This document shows positions 35,713 through 39,171 of a DNA stretch of 39,171 nucleotides, piece after piece; position 1 is the first letter of the stretch; the number at the start of each line of letters is the position of its first letter. The notes beneath the pieces were generated by a model, which saw only the letters and a list, made by a program, of their open reading frames with translations, was not told where the DNA came from and searched no databases. The DNA is from Oscillospiraceae bacterium (GTDB lineage Bacteria; Bacillota; Clostridia; Oscillospirales; Ruminococcaceae): the NCBI GenBank assembly GCA_051882535.1, contig JBJESA010000129.1, forward strand, positions 1 to 39,171. The letters run 5' to 3'. The translations under genes and the position numbers were made by a program.

Positions 35713-36966
35713 TTATAGTTCAATCTTTTCGGGGAACGCCTCATTTCGCATAATCCCCCACATCTTATCAATGTACGCGAGTGTGTAGTAATTCTCGTAG
35801 TAGTGGTAGTAGAACGCACCCTTGAGCGTCATTGTGTATATCCCGTCCCGCTCGGTTACAAAGCCAAGCACCTTGGCAAGCCACAACTCAAAGCCGTACA
35901 TCTTCTTTAGCGGAACACCGAAAAATCGTTCGAAGTCCCTCTCGTCAAGCCGTGTACTGTATGTCGTCCAGAACAGGAAGTAAATCATACGCTGACGCAG
36001 TGTAAAGCGAATGGTAAGCGAGGTGGAGAGAGTTCCCGAATCCACCCGCTTGCAGTATTCCTCCACCGAGAATGTGTTGATTTTGAATTGGTCTTTCAGA
36101 AGCGTAGTCGCCGAGCAGCCAAAGCCCAGAAAGTTTTCGCGGGTCATTGAGGAATAATGTGCCTGCTTTTCGCTTGAAAAAGTCCAAATCGAACTTCTGA
36201 AATATCCCTTGCTGATGCAGTATTCCGTTATCTTGTCCAGCAACGCACGTTTTTCCTTTTTGGGGAGAGCCGATACCTTGCTTGTCGTAAACGTAAAGTC
36301 GATAAACGGATAAATCGCCACATGATTTGCCCCGTGTTGGAATGCACAGTCGATATCAGCCCGCAAGTCCTCAAAAGTCTGAGAGGGGAGGGCAAAGATA
36401 AAGTCCATCGACACCGTTTCAAAGGGGACTTCCGACAATGCCTTGCCCATTGCGTCAATATCAACCTCTTTTCTGCCGAGAATATTCTGGAATTTCTCCT
36501 GAAACGATTGAATACCAATGCTGATTTTCGTGACGCCCGCGTCTTTCAGAGTTCGCAGCACGTCCACCGTCACATTGTCGGGGTGAAGCTCCGCCCCAAT
36601 GCCCTCGGTGATGGTGAAATGCTCGCCGATTGCGGTGATTATTTCTTTCAGCCGTCCCGCCACGAGAGCGGGAGTTCCGCCACCGAAATAAAGGCTGGTG
36701 ACCTCTTTTTTCCCAACGTGCTGACTTCCTACAAAGTGAATTTCCCGAATCAGTGCGTGTATGTAGCGGTCGCATTTCTCCTGTGAGAACAGCTCCTTGC
36801 AGTAGGGACAGAAGCTGCATATACTTCTGCAAAACGGAATGTGGACATACAGTCCCAGATTGCCGCACTCGGCAAACGGCAGTCGCTCGTCATATTCGTT
36901 CTTGAATTCAAAACGTTTGGTGGAGCGGGTGAGCCACATTCTTGTAAGATTTGTGATAATACTCAT
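35713..36966 (-). CDS. HemN-like (class C) radical SAM protein
   Basis: LYVHIPFCRSICSFC, YFGGGTP, ELHP, ISIGIQSF, DFIFALP, FLGFGCSA. Confidence 0.88.
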   Translation of the reverse strand: MSIITNLTRMWLTRSTKRFEFKNEYDERLPFAECGNLGLYVHIPFCRSICSFCPYCKELFSQEKCDRYIHALIREIHFVGSQHVGKKEVTSLYFGGGTPALVAGRLKEIITAIGEHFTITEGIGAELHPDNVTVDVLRTLKDAGVTKISIGIQSFQEKFQNILGRKEVDIDAMGKALSEVPFETVSMDFIFALPSQTFEDLRADIDCAFQHGANHVAIYPFIDFTFTTSKVSALPKKEKRALLDKITEYCISKGYFRSSIWTFSSEKQAHYSSMTRENFLGFGCSATTLLKDQFKINTFSVEEYCKRVDSGTLSTSLTIRFTLRQRMIYFLFWTTYSTRLDERDFERFFGVPLKKMYGFELWLAKVLGFVTERDGIYTMTLKGAFYYHYYENYYTLAYIDKMWGIMRNEAFPEKIEL

Positions 36967-36975
36967 AGATTATTC

Positions 36976-37878
36976 CTAAATATATTTCAGATATGTTTTC
37001 AGCATTTCGAAGATAATTTTGAGATTTCCACGGAACAGCAGCGTATATTCCGCAACAAAGAAATATCCGCATTGTTCGCAAAGCCCCGGCACATCAATGC
37101 ACCGCCCGCAGATGGATAGTTTGCCGTTTTCCATCACCACGCATTGATGACACGGCGTGGGGAAACTGTTGTTAATAAGATAGGGAAATGCAGATTTGAG
37201 GTTGAAAACAGGACAGCCCTCTTTCATCATCTGCTTTATCACATCGCAGCAAGCTGCCTTCTCCTCTTTGGAGAGTGCAAGTTCTTTCGTGTCGGGATAG
37301 GGCGTGTGGAAGTTGAAAGATACCGCACGGACATTTTTCGTATCACGTGCCTTTATGCAGACATCACGCACGACTTCTTTGTTGATTTGGTTAATCGCCA
37401 TATAGAAGCAAATATTGTCTGCGGTTGCATTTTTGATATTCTCCATTATGGTATCGTATGTATCGCCGCGTACCATATTGTGACGCTCTCTGTCGCCGTC
37501 AAGACTTAACAGAATGAGATTCGCTTCGGGCAAGTCGATAGGAAAAGTGCCGTTGGTGACGACATTCACGATAAGAAAACCCATTCTCTTAGCTTCAATT
37601 ACCAAATCCCGCAAAGTTCGTTCTCCGTCCCGCCACAAAAAGGTTTCCCCGCCGCAAAAGAAGAGAATGCGAATGCCCATATCATACAGCTGCTGCATTT
37701 CGTTCCTGATTTGCGAGTATGGGTGTACAACCGCGGTGATGTTGTTTACGGAGCAGTGCTTGCATTTCAGATTGCATTTGTCAGTAAGGATTACCGTACC
37801 AAGAATGGGGTCTTTCTTTTTGAAAAGAATAGTCTTTATTCCGAATGCTGCGAAGTGTAAAAAAGATGATAGTTTCAT
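36976..37878 (-). CDS. Radical SAM protein with Cys-rich C-terminus
   Basis: CNLKCKHC, GGE, VTNGT, SLDG..HN..RG; C-terminal CHQC..CGRC..CEQC. Confidence 0.88.
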   Translation of the reverse strand: MKLSSFLHFAAFGIKTILFKKKDPILGTVILTDKCNLKCKHCSVNNITAVVHPYSQIRNEMQQLYDMGIRILFFCGGETFLWRDGERTLRDLVIEAKRMGFLIVNVVTNGTFPIDLPEANLILLSLDGDRERHNMVRGDTYDTIMENIKNATADNICFYMAINQINKEVVRDVCIKARDTKNVRAVSFNFHTPYPDTKELALSKEEKAACCDVIKQMMKEGCPVFNLKSAFPYLINNSFPTPCHQCVVMENGKLSICGRCIDVPGLCEQCGYFFVAEYTLLFRGNLKIIFEMLKTYLKYI

Positions 37879-37917
37879 AGTGTAACTCTTTCGTGTCGAA
37901 AATTATCGCCTATTCAT

Positions 37918-37946
37918 ATTATATCATAATAACGTGGATTTTTCAA
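37918..37946 (-). promoter_or_regulatory. Sigma-A promoter of radical SAM pair
   Basis: TTGAAA-N17-TATAAT with extended TG. Confidence 0.7.
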
Positions 37947-38090
37947 GAAAAAATTTGTGAATTTTTGTTACAAAACAAAAATATTGCACGTATAAAGCGG
38001 TGAAAGCGAAAACTATTTTACAAACGGTGCAGGCTTTCGATAAGGATACATCAAACAGAATTCAAGTAATGCGTTATTGGAGGACACGAA

Positions 38091-39035
38091 ATGAACAAAG
38101 AAAAATTAGAAGCCAAAATTCTTAACTTCGCGGTTGAAAACGCAAAAAATCCGTTTCCTGACACTATCAGTTATGGAGTTAATAGCAATGCCAATGTTTG
38201 TTTGGATAATACTATATTCAGCCAGCTTGAACAACTATTTGTAAAAAACGGAGTTGTTTCTGCCGAAAACAAAACCTTAAATGATGAAGCTGTAAATGCT
38301 TCGCGTGCTTCGGCGTTTGCTGCTTCGGCGATATGTCAGCTATTTATTGCTGATAAAATCAAGAAGAATATCGACCTCTTTGTCAATGACTCCCAAAACG
38401 ACAAATATTTTGATGAATTAAATGACGAGCAAAAAAAGACTTTCATTCGGGAGCTGAAGGGTAAGGTTACGGCAAGACTTGAGGTTGATACCAAAACTAT
38501 CTATGGTGAGGATTTAGTTCAGAAGCTCTCTGATGCGTATAACAAATTCGCAGAAAAGTCCAAATGGGGCAGCGATAGCGTAGAACGTTTCTTGGGCGAG
38601 GGATTAGGTGCTGTTGTTTTGCTGAACAGACAATTGGAGGAGCATAAAAATCTCAACGAAGCCGTAGATGCAGTTAAAAAGCAGTATGAGGATGGTGACA
38701 ATGGGATGGAATTGGATTACTCGCTTCAGCATCTGATTTTGGATCAGATTAAGGATAATTCCTCTCAACTTGCGTCTGAAATGGCTCCGAATATTGACAC
38801 TTCTAAATCTTTGTGGGAAAGACTATACGATTTTGTCAGAAATCTTTTCGGTCTTGAGGTGACTGACGATTTACAGAATGAAGCCGCAAGAAACCGTGCC
38901 GAAGATAAAAAGCTGCGTGAGAAGATGTCTTTTGGTCAGTTCAGCGGAGTCAATGATATCAAAAAAGTGAAATCTTCTTCCCCGAATCACAACGACCATA
39001 CCGCAGAAAGAAACGACCCCACATTGGGCGGCTGA
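38091..39035 (+). CDS. Hypothetical helical protein (orphan)
   Basis: 314 aa ORF with GGAGG RBS, visibly more AT-rich than its neighbours; no recognised motif, signal peptide or TM segment. Confidence 0.75.
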   Translation: MNKEKLEAKILNFAVENAKNPFPDTISYGVNSNANVCLDNTIFSQLEQLFVKNGVVSAENKTLNDEAVNASRASAFAASAICQLFIADKIKKNIDLFVNDSQNDKYFDELNDEQKKTFIRELKGKVTARLEVDTKTIYGEDLVQKLSDAYNKFAEKSKWGSDSVERFLGEGLGAVVLLNRQLEEHKNLNEAVDAVKKQYEDGDNGMELDYSLQHLILDQIKDNSSQLASEMAPNIDTSKSLWERLYDFVRNLFGLEVTDDLQNEAARNRAEDKKLREKMSFGQFSGVNDIKKVKSSSPNHNDHTAERNDPTLGG

Positions 39036-39085
39036 TTGTCGTGTGAACTCGCAAATTCAATAACAACTATAATGTAAATGACCCC

Positions 39086-39118
39086 AAGCCGCCTTTTGTA
39101 TAAACAACAAGGCGGCTT
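39086..39118. terminator. Hairpin after orphan gene; insertion target of element copy 3
   Basis: AAGCCGCCTT / AAGGCGGCTT perfect 10 bp stem; resembles the 27 bp repeat at 5998. Confidence 0.75.
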
Positions 39119-39171
39119 CAGTCTGTCGAAAAACCTTTGGGGGTCTGGGGGCTTGCCCCCAGAACGGGGGA
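39119..39171 (+). mobile_element. MITE-like element, copy 3 (truncated by window end)
   Basis: CAGTCTGTCGAAAAACCTTTGGGGGTCTGGGGGCTTGCCCCCAGAACGGGGGA matches the first 53 nt of copy 1 with one substitution. Confidence 0.88.

Noticed and set aside
35713-36966. Calling this gene hemN
   Set aside because: The HemN-like fold is shared by many functions and there is no haem-pathway context.
37889-37902. TGTCGAAAA resembling the element end upstream of the radical SAM gene
   Set aside because: Only 9 bp match, no partner end or internal hairpins.

Overview
39 kb of Gram-positive (Clostridia, probably Oscillospiraceae/Ruminococcaceae-like; inferred from gene content and sigma-A promoters) chromosome. 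In order: a pstSCAB-phoU-phoB-phoR phosphate operon with a Gram-positive Pho box; an AEC transporter; an ADP-ribose module (macrodomain-HTH fusion, then vWA + ADP-ribosylglycohydrolase behind a palindromic operator); a FUSC/HAD fusion; a polar amino-acid ABC operon with a D-2-hydroxyacid dehydrogenase; a partial anaerobic cobalamin operon (cbiD-F-G-H-J-ET); a cobalamin riboswitch controlling a lipoprotein + BtuFCD-like importer; an orphan soluble hybrid histidine kinase; a YehL-type MoxR operon (SWIM, HEAT-like, AAA, YehM-like, vWA) with an SMI1/KNR4 immunity-like gene inside it; a pair of radical SAM genes; and an AT-rich orphan. Three copies of a ~167 bp hairpin-rich non-coding element with terminal inverted repeats occur, one with a perfect 27 bp duplication of the hairpin it sits beside. 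Best candidates for undescribed biology: this element, the macrodomain-HTH/vWA/ARH regulon, the MoxR operon with its immunity cassette, the radical SAM pair and the riboswitch-controlled lipoprotein. All calls come from motif recognition; no searches were run.
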